Assembly (NCBI GenBank): GCA_973895155.1
Contig: OZ316899.1
Location: forward strand, 2,255,573 to 2,319,572
Source: Marsupella aquatica
Taxonomy: Eukaryota; Plantae; Marchantiophyta
Reading direction: 5' to 3'
DNA length: 64,000 bases
In this document: one piece after another, positions 33,033-45,002 of the stretch
How the letters are laid out: each line of letters starts with the position of its first letter
Position numbering within the stretch: the first letter of the stretch is position 1
Made by a program: the position numbers and the translations under genes
Notes under the pieces: model-generated
Told to the model about the DNA's origin: nothing
Databases searched by the model: none
Seen by the model: the letters and a program-made list of their open reading frames with translations, nothing else

Positions 33033-34267
33033 ATAGGCGTACGGACGTGGGTGTACGGCCTCCAGATTTCCAACATTTTAGTGGGGGGTCACTCATGGGC
33101 TTGTTGGGATGAGCTCGCGGAGCTGATTCCAACAAGAGGCGGCGCTCCTCAAACGGAGCCAGGATGAGCAAGTTATGGCCTGGAGAACTTATGTTTTTGC
33201 GGTACGGAAACGGCCATAACTCAGGCGTCTGAAGTCCGTTGAGGGAGCGACTTAGTGATTCGGAAGCAGGAAAAGAAGAGCTATCCAGGGGTGAGCTCAG
33301 GTGTGCACTTGGAAGGGCACCTAGTTTCGGCCATTTTGGGGTGCCTCTCACTTTCAGGGTTCACGTGTACTGTTGGGGCGCCGTCGAAGGCACCGTCGGC
33401 CCCCTTGTTTTGGGTTTAGGGTTTTAGCAGCATGTGTGTGCCGCATGCTCCTCTTCAGTTTAAGGATTTCTCTTAGTGCAAGGTTTTAGCGGCGCCGCTA
33501 GGGTAGCCGCCACCGTTGTGACCCTGTGAGGGGTGCTTTGGTGTGATTTTTCAGTATTTAGGGGGATAGCCCCGAAGTAGTTAGGGGGACTCAGTGTGAA
33601 GTTAGCAAGGAGGGATAGAGTGGAGCCTGAGGAGTTTGAAAGCGTGTTCAGAGTAGTGAGGGGGAGCCATACTCATTGTCCGGAGAGGCAGGAGTTGAGT
33701 AGACGGCAGGAGGCCGGGTTACTCATGCAATGTGTATCGTTTTTCCCAAGAGATATGGATCTGTACATTTGACTTGATGGGCTTTTGTTGTGTGTTCCTT
33801 CTCCCTTTTTCGCTTTCCGAATTGTGTTCTCCCGTTCTATGATTTGAAGAAACTTGCTTGGTTTGAGTCGGCCTTGTGAGTAGGGGTGGTGACAGCACTC
33901 TTTGGGTGACTCCGAGTGAAGGTGTAGTGGGGTAGTCGGCAGGACTTGATCAAAAGCTGTGGGGTGAGGGTAGTCGGTAGACTTGATCAAAACCTACATT
34001 TCCGGGAGCGGAAACCAAAATACTCATCCTGGTGTGAAAAGAATCCAAATAGCGTCCCTCCACGACCCCGTAATACGATACCAACGGTTTAAGCGAAGAA
34101 AAGTGCGGTTTGCACGTATTAACCGTTGGAGAGGCAAGTGACAGAGAGTATTGCGTTTCCAAGCTGAATAGGTGCCGTAAAGAAAGAGGACCAACATAAC
34201 CAAGTGGTTTATGATCGGTTGAGGGTAGTTCTCGGTGTTAGAGGTCTTGGGAACCATGCCACATTTT

Positions 34268-34285
34268 TGGCGCTAGATGGAGGGG
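34268..34285 (+). other. PBS of B, tRNA-Asn-like
   Basis: TGGCGCTAGATGGAGGGG, compared with TGGCGCTAGAAGGAGGGG complementary to plant tRNA-Asn (recalled); 4 nt after the LTR end. Confidence 0.8.
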
Positions 34286-34529
34286 GCATTCTTACTTGTG
34301 AATTGTTTGTTGCGCAGAGTTAGGTGATGAACAAATTCACACCACGAGAAGAGCGAGCAACACTAAGGGAGGAAGCGCGGTTGCAGCAAATTGCAAGGTG
34401 GAAAGAGTCGAAGAGGGTGAAGATTGCAATCGGCAATGGCGGTTCACGAGGTACTCTTGGAGTAGAACTGGAAGCTGTGGAAGGGGATCTGTTGAGTAGT
34501 AACGTGCCCAGTACCAACCCAGTTCACCA

Positions 34530-37500
34530 GTGCAAGAGATGGGTGAGCCAGATCCACAATTTGGTGGGCGAGCAGCACCACGGCTCAGTCAGAGATCACG
34601 AATCCATTACAAAGCATTCCATGGTAAACATGAGGAGGATCCGGATGACTGGCTAGAGGAGTTTGATGGGACTGCAACTGCTAATGGAGAGTCCGCTATG
34701 AAGATGCAGATCCTACCTGGATTGTTTAAGGGTGAGGCTCGACCATGGTATTCCAATTTGGAACCAGGGGAACAGAATGAATGGGTCACCTTCAAGCAAC
34801 TGTTTGTCAAGGAATTTCGTCCCATTGGGACGTCTGAATTGGCAATGTTGAAGCTAGGACAGCTTCAATTCAAGGAGAACAAGTCTTTCCGGAAATTCTT
34901 GCAGCGATTCCACAAATTGGTGCGACGAACCAAGACCAATGCATCAGACGAAATGCAGTTGCAGTGGTTGGTTAATGCTCTACCTCAGAAGATGAGTTTC
35001 GCGATTCGGAAGGGGAATCCGGAGTCTTTAGCGAAGGTCATTCGTGATATTCAGTTATACATCAATGCTGATATCACGAGCCGGAAAAAACACTATAAGT
35101 CTGAGGATTCATCTTCAGAGGAGGAATCCGGCAAGAAAAAGACTAAGAAAAAGCGATCCAAGAAAATTAAGGAGGAGAGTAGTAGCTCTGAGGGTGATAC
35201 CAGTAAGAGTGAAACATCTTCCAGCTCGGAGGATGGTGACAGGAGTAAGAAGAAGAAAATCACAAAGACAGAGAGGGTTGCAGAAAAGGTGAAAACCAAG
35301 TTGGATTCCAAGAAAGCATCTCCGGATCAGTTAACAGCTATCACGGAGCAGCTGAAAGCATTATTAGCCAACGCAAAGCCGTTGAACAAGGAGGCAGCCG
35401 ATGACACCTCAGTATGGTGCGCTCACTATTATACCACCGGACATCATAAGGATGTCTGTCCAAAGCGTGGTACAAAGCATGTTCGATTGATAACCGACGG
35501 AACGATAGGGGAGTTTGAGGTGGAGTATATACTTGGAGATGCCGCGGATAGTGTGTTCGGCATCAGTGAGGCCGGAGCCCGAGATTTGGCTAACCGACCC
35601 ACTTCATTGTGGGGAGCGTTGAGAACCAATGCAGGGGAGATGTATCCCCGCATCATTCAAAATCCAACTACACCTCCACAACCAAATGTTCAGAGATTTG
35701 CAGCATGCTACAACTGCGGTCAACCAGGTCAGTTCTCCCGGGAGTGCACCAATGCAAGGAAACAGGCGGATGGTCAGCCAGTCAAGCTTTGTATGGGTTG
35801 TAAAGGAGAAGGGCATATACTTACCCAATGCCCCATTTGGTTAGCCGGGATGGCTGCTGTACCTGTCAAAACTGCACCAAAGGTATTACCAGCAACAACT
35901 ATGCCGGGAGGAGCCCAGGTGAATCATATTGACTTAGGATGGCGTGAAGAAGCACGAGGAGAATTTGCACCTTCTGACGATGAAGCAGACGCCCTGTCCA
36001 CTTATTCCAAAGAAGAGGTTGATGCCGAGTGTTACCGTGTGTCCACTAGATCCACCAGAAGGAAGCAAAGGTGGGAGGGAATTATCAAGAACCAAAAGCC
36101 GTGGAAGGAAGATGCGTCTGATTCCACATATTTGGGTTCTAACGCAAGGCCCCTGTCAATGAGGACCCGCAAGTCGTACCTGGTGATCCCAGTCCATCCC
36201 AAGATAGTGATTTTGATCGAACGCATCCCAGTTTATTTTTTCCGGCAGTCACAGCTAGTGTGAAGGACCAGTTGCTAGAGCTGGAAAAGGACGAGAATGA
36301 GGTTGCACTCCAGAAGGATATTAAGAGAGCTGGCAAGCGAATGCAGGAGGAAATTGTTTTTGCTTCAAAGAAAGCAGTGGAGGACAGAAGTGTGTCACCA
36401 CTGACTTCACCAAGCACACCTCTAGAAACAAGGGAACCAGAATCATTACCAACTCAGGAGAATCCTCTTAGAGCAATTAAATTACCAGTGGAGGATGACA
36501 CATAGAAACAGTTGGTGCCATACAACTTGGCAAAGGATGTGTTGGAATCACGCGTTACGGCTACTGTGGGTCAATTATTAAAAAATAGCCCATATTTTCA
36601 GAAGCAATTGAAAAAAGCCATTGCCGGGAAGCCAAGGCTTCCTCGAGTAGCCACTCGTACGGATGTCATGATGATTCAGGAGGATAGGGGAGCCCCTTGC
36701 TTACCAGTCATCATCAATAAAGAAAAGGTTATGCATGTACCAATCGATGGAGGGTCTGGGGTATGCATACTGATTGATTCAACAGCGGCGGCTTGGGGAT
36801 TCAAACCAGAATTAACAGGGAGGGTGCTGAATATGGCGAATGGCTATCAGGTAGTTCCCACTGGCATCCTTAAAGAAATACGCACGGAGATTGGTGGTAT
36901 CGCATTCAGCATCAATTACATTGTGATGAAGCCGGTGAACCCTACCTCATTTCGGGTGCTGATAGGACGACCCTGGTTGTACCTTGCAAAAGTTGTGGAA
37001 AACTGGGGAACAAAACAGTTTACATTCGGAACTCCACCTATTACCATGTCATGGGAGGTAGAGGATGAAGCAACCAGGTTGATTCGTGAAGCAGACGGCT
37101 ATGATACTGGGTTAGAATCTGCTGATGATGTGCGTTGGCTGGAATGCTTATCAGGAGTATCAGAAGAGAGTGTGTTTGGACCTGACACACCTCCCAGCGG
37201 ACTCTGGATGGGAGACGCAGATTCCATGCGACCAATCGTTCCGGAAATTGAGGAAGAGCCCATTTCAATTCCACTAATGTTAGCAAGGAAGAGCCGGATG
37301 GAACCTATCATAGAGGAAGGCAATTCAGAATGCCAGGAAGTCCCAGCTGACAGCTGCTTCGCAATTGAGGCCGCCTTTTTGGAATCAATTATCATGGATA
37401 AAGAAACTGAATCACAGGTTCAAGTGGAGGAACTTGTTCTATCAAAGGATCCCAACGTCATGACGGTGGATTTTCATCGAGCGCTGTGGCACAGTGGCCG

Positions 37501-40500
37501 GAGTCAGCAGCGCTGGTTGATGAAACGGTCGCTCCGCTTACAAAGACTCACTCGGCAGACCAGGCAGCTACGCAGACGGATCAGGAGGCGTTGCAGTCAA
37601 TTCGATCAGGGGTACCTGCTGTCACAATAAATAAAGTGAGTTTGGAGTCAATTGTTCCGAGCGAGCTAAGTGTCGACCGGCTACTAAAAAAATGAGGTTG
37701 AAAATGCTAAGGCTACAAGGGAAGCCGAAGCCAAGCAAATCTACTCTAGTAGAGATCAACACCATCATTGAAGAAGTTACTTCTTCCGGTGGGGACTCAA
37801 CAGCGGAAGTGACTAAGGGAAGGGAGCAGGCGAAGCCCGAAATTCCAGTATATGGAGGAATGAGGTTGGCTAGGCTGGAAGCTGACCTGGATCCAACTCT
37901 AAAGAAGCAAATCAACATGATTCAATCAAAGCAATACAGAAAGCTCAAGTTGGGTGAGGGTCGGGAGGTAAATCTGGGTAGGGATCTTGCTCCCGAAATC
38001 GAAAAAGAGATCAGTGAGTTACTTATGGAATATCAGGATGTTTTTGCTTGGAGTCACCTTGATTTACAAGGAGTGGACCCAAAATTAGGGGAACATTGGA
38101 TTGACCTTATGTTGGGAGCCAAATCATTTCGGCAACCAATGAGGAGGATGAACCCAAAGTACTCATTGTTGGTAAAGGCCGAGATCGACAAGTTGGTAGA
38201 AGCCAGCTTCATTACACCAGTTCTCCATTCGGACTGGGTGTCTCCTATTGTCATTGTGCCCAAGAAGGCAGGACCGGATGGCAAGCCAAAGATAAGGGTA
38301 TGCCAGGATTACAGGAAGTTAAATGACGCCACTTTGAAAGATCATTTTCCGTTACCTTTTACTGATATGGTGCTAGATACTGTAGCTAGCCATGAGTTGT
38401 ATTCTTTCATGGATGGCTACTCCAGTTATAATCAAATCAGAATCAGGCAAGAGGATCAGATAAAAACCGCTTTTATTATGGAGTGGGGAATTTATGTATT
38501 CAATCGGATGCCATTTGGACTATGTAATGCGCCAGCTATGTTCCAAAGGTTGATGGTTAACATATTTCACGACTACCTAAGGAAATTCCTGGAGATATTC
38601 ATTGATGATTTTGCTGTGTTTGGGAAGGCGTCCAAACATGCCAAGTACTTACGTAGAACCTTTGAAAGATGCAGACAGGTGGGATTGAAGTTACATCCAA
38701 ATAAATGTTTCTTTGGAGTAACTCAGGGTGTCCTGCTTGGACACAAGGTATCCAAGAAGGGAATCGAAATTGATAAGGGAAAATTAGCCGTGTGGCTCGA
38801 TATCATGCAGCCCAAGAATATAAAAGATGTCAGATCTTTCTTGGGTTGTATTGGTTACTATCGCAGGTTTATCAAGGATTTTGCCAAGCTTGCACTACCA
38901 TTAACCAACATGCTCAAAGCAGGTTCAGATTTTGAAGCAACACCTGAACGGGTTACGGCTGTGATACAGTTGAAACAAAAGCTGGTTGAAGCACCCATCA
39001 TGATGGCACCTGATTGGAATAAGGATTTTCACGTGTTTGTCGATGTTTCAGGGTTTTGCATCGGCTCCGTTCTAAGTCAGTTAGATGATAAGGGGAAGGA
39101 CCACCCCATTTATTTTGCAAGCCGAGAGTTAGCTGTAGCCGAGCAGAACTACACGACTACAGAGAGGGAGGCGTTAGGGGTCATTTACTCATGTAAAAAT
39201 TTTTGACATTACTTATTGGGGTATCGTGTGATCTTCCATACTGATCATGAAAGTTTGAAGTACTTAGTGAATAAGCCGGATCTTACAGGATGAGTGGCCC
39301 GATGGATACTTCTGTTGCAGGAATTTGATTACGAATTAAGGATTAAACCTGGAAAGTTACACGCAAATGCTGATTTCTTCTCCAGGGTACTAGGAGACCC
39401 AGCAACGGATTGCATTGACGACCGGTTTCCGGATGAGGAGTTATTTCTGATCAAAAATTTGAATACTTGGTACCCCAAGATATTGGGATTTTTGAGTATA
39501 GCACGACTGAATACGGCATGGACCAGAGAGCAGAAGGCTATGTTTTTGCGAAAAGCAGCACGTTATCAGGTCATCAAGGGAGTGTTGCATAGATTGGGAG
39601 CATCTGGTAATCTCCAGAGATGTTTGGAGAGGAATGAAACCCGAAAGGTAATGGAAGCAATGCACGGCGAGGAGGCCGGAGGTCATTTTGCACCAGTAGT
39701 TACCACACGGAAAATATTGGATGTTGGTTACTGGTGGCCAACCTTGCACAAGGATGTTCATCAATTCATTAAGGAGTGTGATCCTTGTCAAAGAGCGGGG
39801 GGGGCCAAGGGCTGCCAGTAGACATCCATTGCATCCAGTTTTACCCCTTGTTGCATTTGAGAAGTGGGGGATTGATTACATTGGGCCTCTAAAACCAAAA
39901 ACTTATCCTCGGAGGAATAAGTACATCATCCTGGCCACTGATTATGCCACCAAATGGGTAGAGGCTTGGCCGACGACGAAAGATGATGCTATTACAACTG
40001 CTAGATTTTTATACGAGCAAATTTTCACCAGATATGGGGCGCCTCTTGAGCTGGTCAGCGATCGGGGGACTCATTTCCTAAATAATATCGTCGGTCGGCT
40101 TAATGAGCAATATCTGGTTCGGCATCGGCCTACAACTCCCTATCATCCTAAGGCCAATGGACTTACCGAGCGTGCAAATGGAATCATTGGTAAGATACTG
40201 AACAAGACAGTATCCGACCACAAGGATGACTGGGATGACAAGCTGTACACTGCTGTTTTTGCTTACAACTTGGCCTACAAAACGACTACGGGGCATACAC
40301 CTTATTTCTTAATGTTTGGGTAGGAGGCCTTGGTACCAATGGAATTGGAGGTTCCCACTTATCGAGTTACTATACGACAACGTCTGTCGGAGGCCGAGAG
40401 CAGGAGAGCAAGGTTGTACCAATTGGAAGCATTAGAGGAGGCTAGGTTGATAGCATCAGAAAGATTGAAGTATCGACAGGAACTAATGAAGCAGAGATAC

Positions 40501-40800
40501 GATAAGAAGCTAAGACCAATCTGTATTCAGACTGGAGATTTAGTGTTACTGTATGACAGCAGGTACGTAAAATTCCCTGGGAAGCTTTACACTCGCTGGT
40601 TAGGACCATACAAAGTGGAGATGATGTTCTCCAATGGGTCAGTCCAACTAGCCAATATCACGGGCGAGGTTTATCCCGTAAGAGTACATTATGATAGGCT
40701 TAAAAAATACTACATGTATGAATTTGAAGATGTTCGCAAGGACGCTTCACAATTAAGTGGGGAGCTATGTGATGCCGTGCCAGGATCACAAAGTACTTAG
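34530..40800 (+). pseudogene. gag-pol: Gag-Pol of B, with several stops and frameshifts
   Basis: [50 protein letters not shown] across ORF pieces 34530-36263, 36260-37630, 37692-39206, 39294-40800. Confidence 0.95.
40751..40767 (+). other. Polypurine tract of B
   Basis: AATTAAGTGGGGAGCTA before the LTR TG; parallels A's PPT. Confidence 0.85.
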
Positions 40801-40954
40801 TTAAGCCTAAAATAATGGCTAAATAAAGATTAGGTAGATATAATTAGGGAGTTATAAAGATCGAAGCCGATTTCAATATGTTCGGGGAAATTGTGATGGG
40901 ATCTGATCCAATGGTTGCGATTAAGTGGGATTAGGGTTATGACCTAATCAGGGC

Positions 40955-41507
40955 TTGATCACGCAAGCCATCAGGAGGCGGCTTCGTAAGGAGGGGACCG
41001 ACACTCTGTACACTAGTGCAATTGCTTGTTCGATCAACCTAGCGAATCAGCTGCCGATCGAACGGGGGAAGTGGTTTGAGAAATTGCGCAGGTTCTTGGC
41101 ATTCGGTGGAATGAACACGGTGAATCAGGCAGGGAAGTTTTGGGGCTGTTTGCTTGAAGAAGCAAGGCAGCTGATACCTACGTATGAAGACGTTGAGCCG
41201 GAGCGCGCAGCCAGAGAACGAGCAGAGCTTGCGCGATTGTGGGGAATTCACAAATCGGCATTCGTAGATACGGAGGAGGTATTGGAAAAGTTCTCGTGGA
41301 CACCCACCAGTGCGGAGCTTGACGAATTGCTAATTCGGGAGAATAAGGTCGTGGGGATCAGGGAGGCAATCAAGAACGTCGGGCAACCACTTTGGGAATT
41401 GAAGGGTCACACTGCAAAGTGGACGAAGGCAGCTATTCTTGGGGAGTATTCAGGCACTGAAGAGATGAAGCGCAAGGGAGGTTTGGCATCTACAACTCCA
41501 GCAAAGC
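40955..41507 (+). pseudogene. B accessory ORF, 3' LTR copy, N-terminal part (continues at 54007-54800)
   Basis: Near-identical to 17789-18347; interrupted by C. Confidence 0.85.
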
Positions 41508-41622
41508 TATGATGCCTAGCCAGGAATCACTCGGCCAGTTAAGTAGGGAAAGCAGGAGTGCACCCTAGAAACACCTTAGTATAGGGACAAAACAAGGAAA
41601 ATATAAACAATTAGGGGCGACT

Positions 41623-44600
41623 ATGGAACCTGGGCCGAGGCCGGAGGTAAGGACGCTGGGGGTGAAAACAAGATTAGGGTTAGGACGCGCTAAGCGTCGG
41701 CGGCTAGGAAGGATCAACGGGAGGAAGAACCGGAAGAGGAGAGGGGTAAGGAGCGCTTGCAGGGAATGGTGGCTCATTTGCGAGCACGAACTAGGCAGAC
41801 GACTACGGGAGGCCAACTACTGTCAGCTGCTTAGGCAAGCACTCGGGGAGAGAGTAGATATTGACGATCGACCTAAGGAGGGTATGAGCAACGTCAATCA
41901 AGCGGCACATTTCTGGGGATGCCTGTTCGAACGGGCAACTGAGTACATCAAGACTTACGAGGACGAAGAATCAGAAAGGGCAGCTCAAGAACGGCAAGAG
42001 CTCGCTCGATTGTGGGAGCTGCAGAAGACGGCTTTCTTAGGAGGCGAACTCATCAAGGCCGAGTTCTTGTGGACTCCTACTTCCAATCAGCTCGACGATC
42101 TTCTGTTTTGCAAAGATAGAGTCATCGGCATCCGAGAAGCCATCAAACGCTGCAACAACATACACTAGGAGTTGAAGGGTAGCACGGAGGGGTGGACAAA
42201 GGCAACCGTGCTAGGAGAGACATCCACGGGAGCCGAAATGAAGAGGAAGGGAGCCGTCAACAATGAAGCCACCCCGGCAAAAAGAACGAGGTCGGCGGCA
42301 CCAAAGAAGCCAGCCGAGCAGCAGAGCAGGAGGCAGGGAGAAGCCAAAGAGGAGGACGATCCCATCAATGCCATTCCAACCAGGGATGACACCTGGAAGG
42401 GCTGGGCGGCAACCCTACCAGAGGAGGTGCAACTACATTTTGCACGGGAGGAGGATGCATGCTTTACGGCCATGCAGACCAAGAAGTACCAAGCCTTCAT
42501 GGCCGGATCCGGCTTAGAGGCCTTTGTAAGATTACCATGGCTGAAGCCGGAGGTGCCGGATTCAGACTTATTAGAATTCGTGGGGTCATGGGAACCCGAG
42601 ACCAATTGCACGAGGATATATGGGAAGGATTTCTATCTTACTCCCAAGGTGATTGCCGAAGTGTTTGGCTTGCCGATAGGCAATAAGACCAAAGTTGATA
42701 CCAGGAAGACCTTGCCTGACAAGGAGTTCCGGTCGTTCCCCGGGCCATCAACGAAGAATGGCTTCTTCCGGAACACCTGCACCAACCCGCACATAGGAGA
42801 GATGATCGACTTCTTGCGGGTGACCATGCATTGTAACTTGCCGAGGGCAGAGATCGGCAAGGCACAGGTCTATCTGGCAGAGAGGCCAGACCCAAGCCGG
42901 GACTACAATGGGTACCTCCTCAACCAATTGAAGAAGATCTTAAAGGAGGAGCAGCAGGTAATCGGCATGGGGAGCGTGTCGCGGCTTGGCTATCACATGC
43001 CGCTGTTGTGCCGGTATGCCAGAGGTCAGACCTTTGCCCCAGTACTTCCCCTGTAGGTAAGGACACCCGAGGAAGCTCCAGCACCGAGGCCGGTAGCAGA
43101 GAAGCCTCAACCACCTGTTAGCCCTACGATTGAGCAGGTGTTTAGGCCAAGGAAGGAAGACTTGCCGATGCAGCAACCAAGCATGCAGAATCTGCTGAAA
43201 ATGCTGGAGAAGGAAAAGACGGCACTGGCACCAGCTTCGGCAGCGGCACCAATACAGGACACTGCCCCAGAGGTCAACCTAAGCAGACTTAGAAGGGAAA
43301 ACCCCTTTACCGGAAATAAGGAGAGAATCAGGCCAGAATCCAAGCCGGGTGTTCGAATGTACGTGGGAGTCTCAAGCTCTGAATCTGAGGCAGAATTGCC
43401 TGAAGCTCCTACCGGCGAAGACGAGAGGGAGAAGCCGGAAGTCCAAGGGTTGGAGGAGGCAGTGGAGGACTGCAGCCATGATAACTCCGGCTATGGGTCG
43501 GACCATCACGTTCCAGGAGTAAGGACCTGTGGCCGGTTTATCCCCACACTTCCAAGGGTAGTTTGAGGGGACCCCAACCAGCAGAGTAGCCCCGAGTCTC
43601 CCCCACCAGATGTTGCTCCCCCGAGCTTTGACGGCATAAAGCAGACGGCACAGGAATTCCAGGAGCAACTTAGGGAAGCAGAAAAGGCAGCCCTGGCTAG
43701 GGAAAAGGATTTGCCAGGAGGAGATTGGCCGGAGGACATCAGGCGGCTAGCCAAAAAAGGAAGCAAACCTCTAGCCACGATTGAAGAGATCCGCAAGACG
43801 GCTTGGGAGCAGAGGCCGCGATGGGCGATGCCGATCACTTCTACTTACTCCACCTACGCTAAGAATAGAGCCATGGAGTATGGTGAGATATGTGGGGAAC
43901 TTGCGCTCGGCATCTTTGGGGAGGAGTTGGAGGTAGGACCCTTTTTCCATAGGGAGCAGTTGGAGAAGCACCAGTTAGAAGAAGCGGTGGCTTTAGAGAG
44001 AACGAGGTCATCTGGCGGCTTAGGAGGATGGAAGCCAAGATTGAAGATCTAAGGGCGGCCAAGAAAGCCCAAGATGAACTACAGATTAAGCGGCATGAAC
44101 TGAACATCATGCAGGGGCAGTTGGACACCGTGCAGGCTGATAATCAGATTATCAAGGATAAACTGACTCAGACCCAGGAAGAATTGGCCGACGCAATCAA
44201 GGACAGGGAGAAATGGAAGAAGGAGCTGAGAGACGCAGAGGAGGCCCATATAGCAGTCAACAACCGGGTCGCGGTGGAGACTCAGAGAAGGGAGAGGGCG
44301 CTGAAGGGAGAGCTCGAGGTCATCCGCCAAGCCCTTGAGCAGAAGGAGGCCGAGTTAGGGAAATCCTATCAAGGGATTGTTGCGCTACAGCAGGAGCTTG
44401 CGTCCCTGACGGCCAGCTTCAAGGCCGACCTGCGGGAGAAGGACGCCCAGCTCGACCAGACTTATGCCAAGATGAATAACATGGAGTCTGAGGTCGTAGC
44501 GGAGCTCGACAAGGAGCTAAGAGCAACCCAAGAGGAGAGGGCTACCACCAAGAAGGAATTGGAGGAAGCCCACAGGGAATTGGAGGAAGCCAAAAACGAG

Positions 44601-45002
44601 CTGGAGGAGGCACGTAAGGACCTGGATGAGACCCAGGAGGAGTTGGAAGAAATCACGAGGAAGATGGAGAATCTACAGCGGCGGGCCGACAACCAAACAG
44701 AGCGGCTGAAGAAACAAGCCGCAGTATTTAAATGCTTAGCTGCATCAGGTCCATCTCCCATTGGGGCAAACCAGTTACCCGGGGTGGTAATTGCCGAAGG
44801 ACCAGCCGTGACAGTCACACGGCCCGGTGCCAGACGTTGGCAGCAAGGGGAAGGAACCGGCTATGGAGATAGTGAAGAAGAAGAAGCGGAAACCTTCGGG
44901 GTCCGGAGGTTATTCGACCCCTCAAGCCGTACTCAAACCGGTACACTAGTAGAAAATGGGCCCATTTTAGACCATATTAAACGACTGTGCACCACCATTT
45001 AG
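41623..45002 (+). pseudogene. LTR-internal accessory gene of C (about 1120 codons, few stops and a frameshift)
   Basis: N domain shared with B; core MAGSGLEAFVRLPW...DLLEFVGSWE...IYGKDFYLTPKVIAEVFGLP...NGFFRNTCTNPHI; long coiled coil at 44028-44720. Confidence 0.85.

Larger units (their letters stand above)
19135..34143 (+). mobile_element. A: young, apparently intact non-chromovirus Ty3/Gypsy (Athila/Phygy-like, no additional RNase H seen), 15.0 kb, TSD GAGAG
   Basis: TGTGAC...GTGACA LTRs; GAGAG at 19130-19134 and 34144-34148; PBS, PPT and an uninterrupted Gag-Pol; empty site visible near 55605. Confidence 0.98.
29877..34143 (+). repeat. A 3' LTR, 4267 bp
   Basis: Direct repeat of 19135-23258; the 143 extra bp equal 3 x 47-bp units plus 2 G. 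Confidence 0.97.
17601..34263 (+). repeat. B 5' LTR (17601-19134 plus 34149-34263), split by A
   Basis: Direct homology to 40768-41507 and 54007-55724. Confidence 0.93.

Noticed and set aside
19135-34143. 4-kb duplication as an assembly error or segmental duplication
   Set aside because: It has TG..CA ends, a TSD, PBS, PPT, a few real substitutions and an empty site at about 55605; it is an LTR pair
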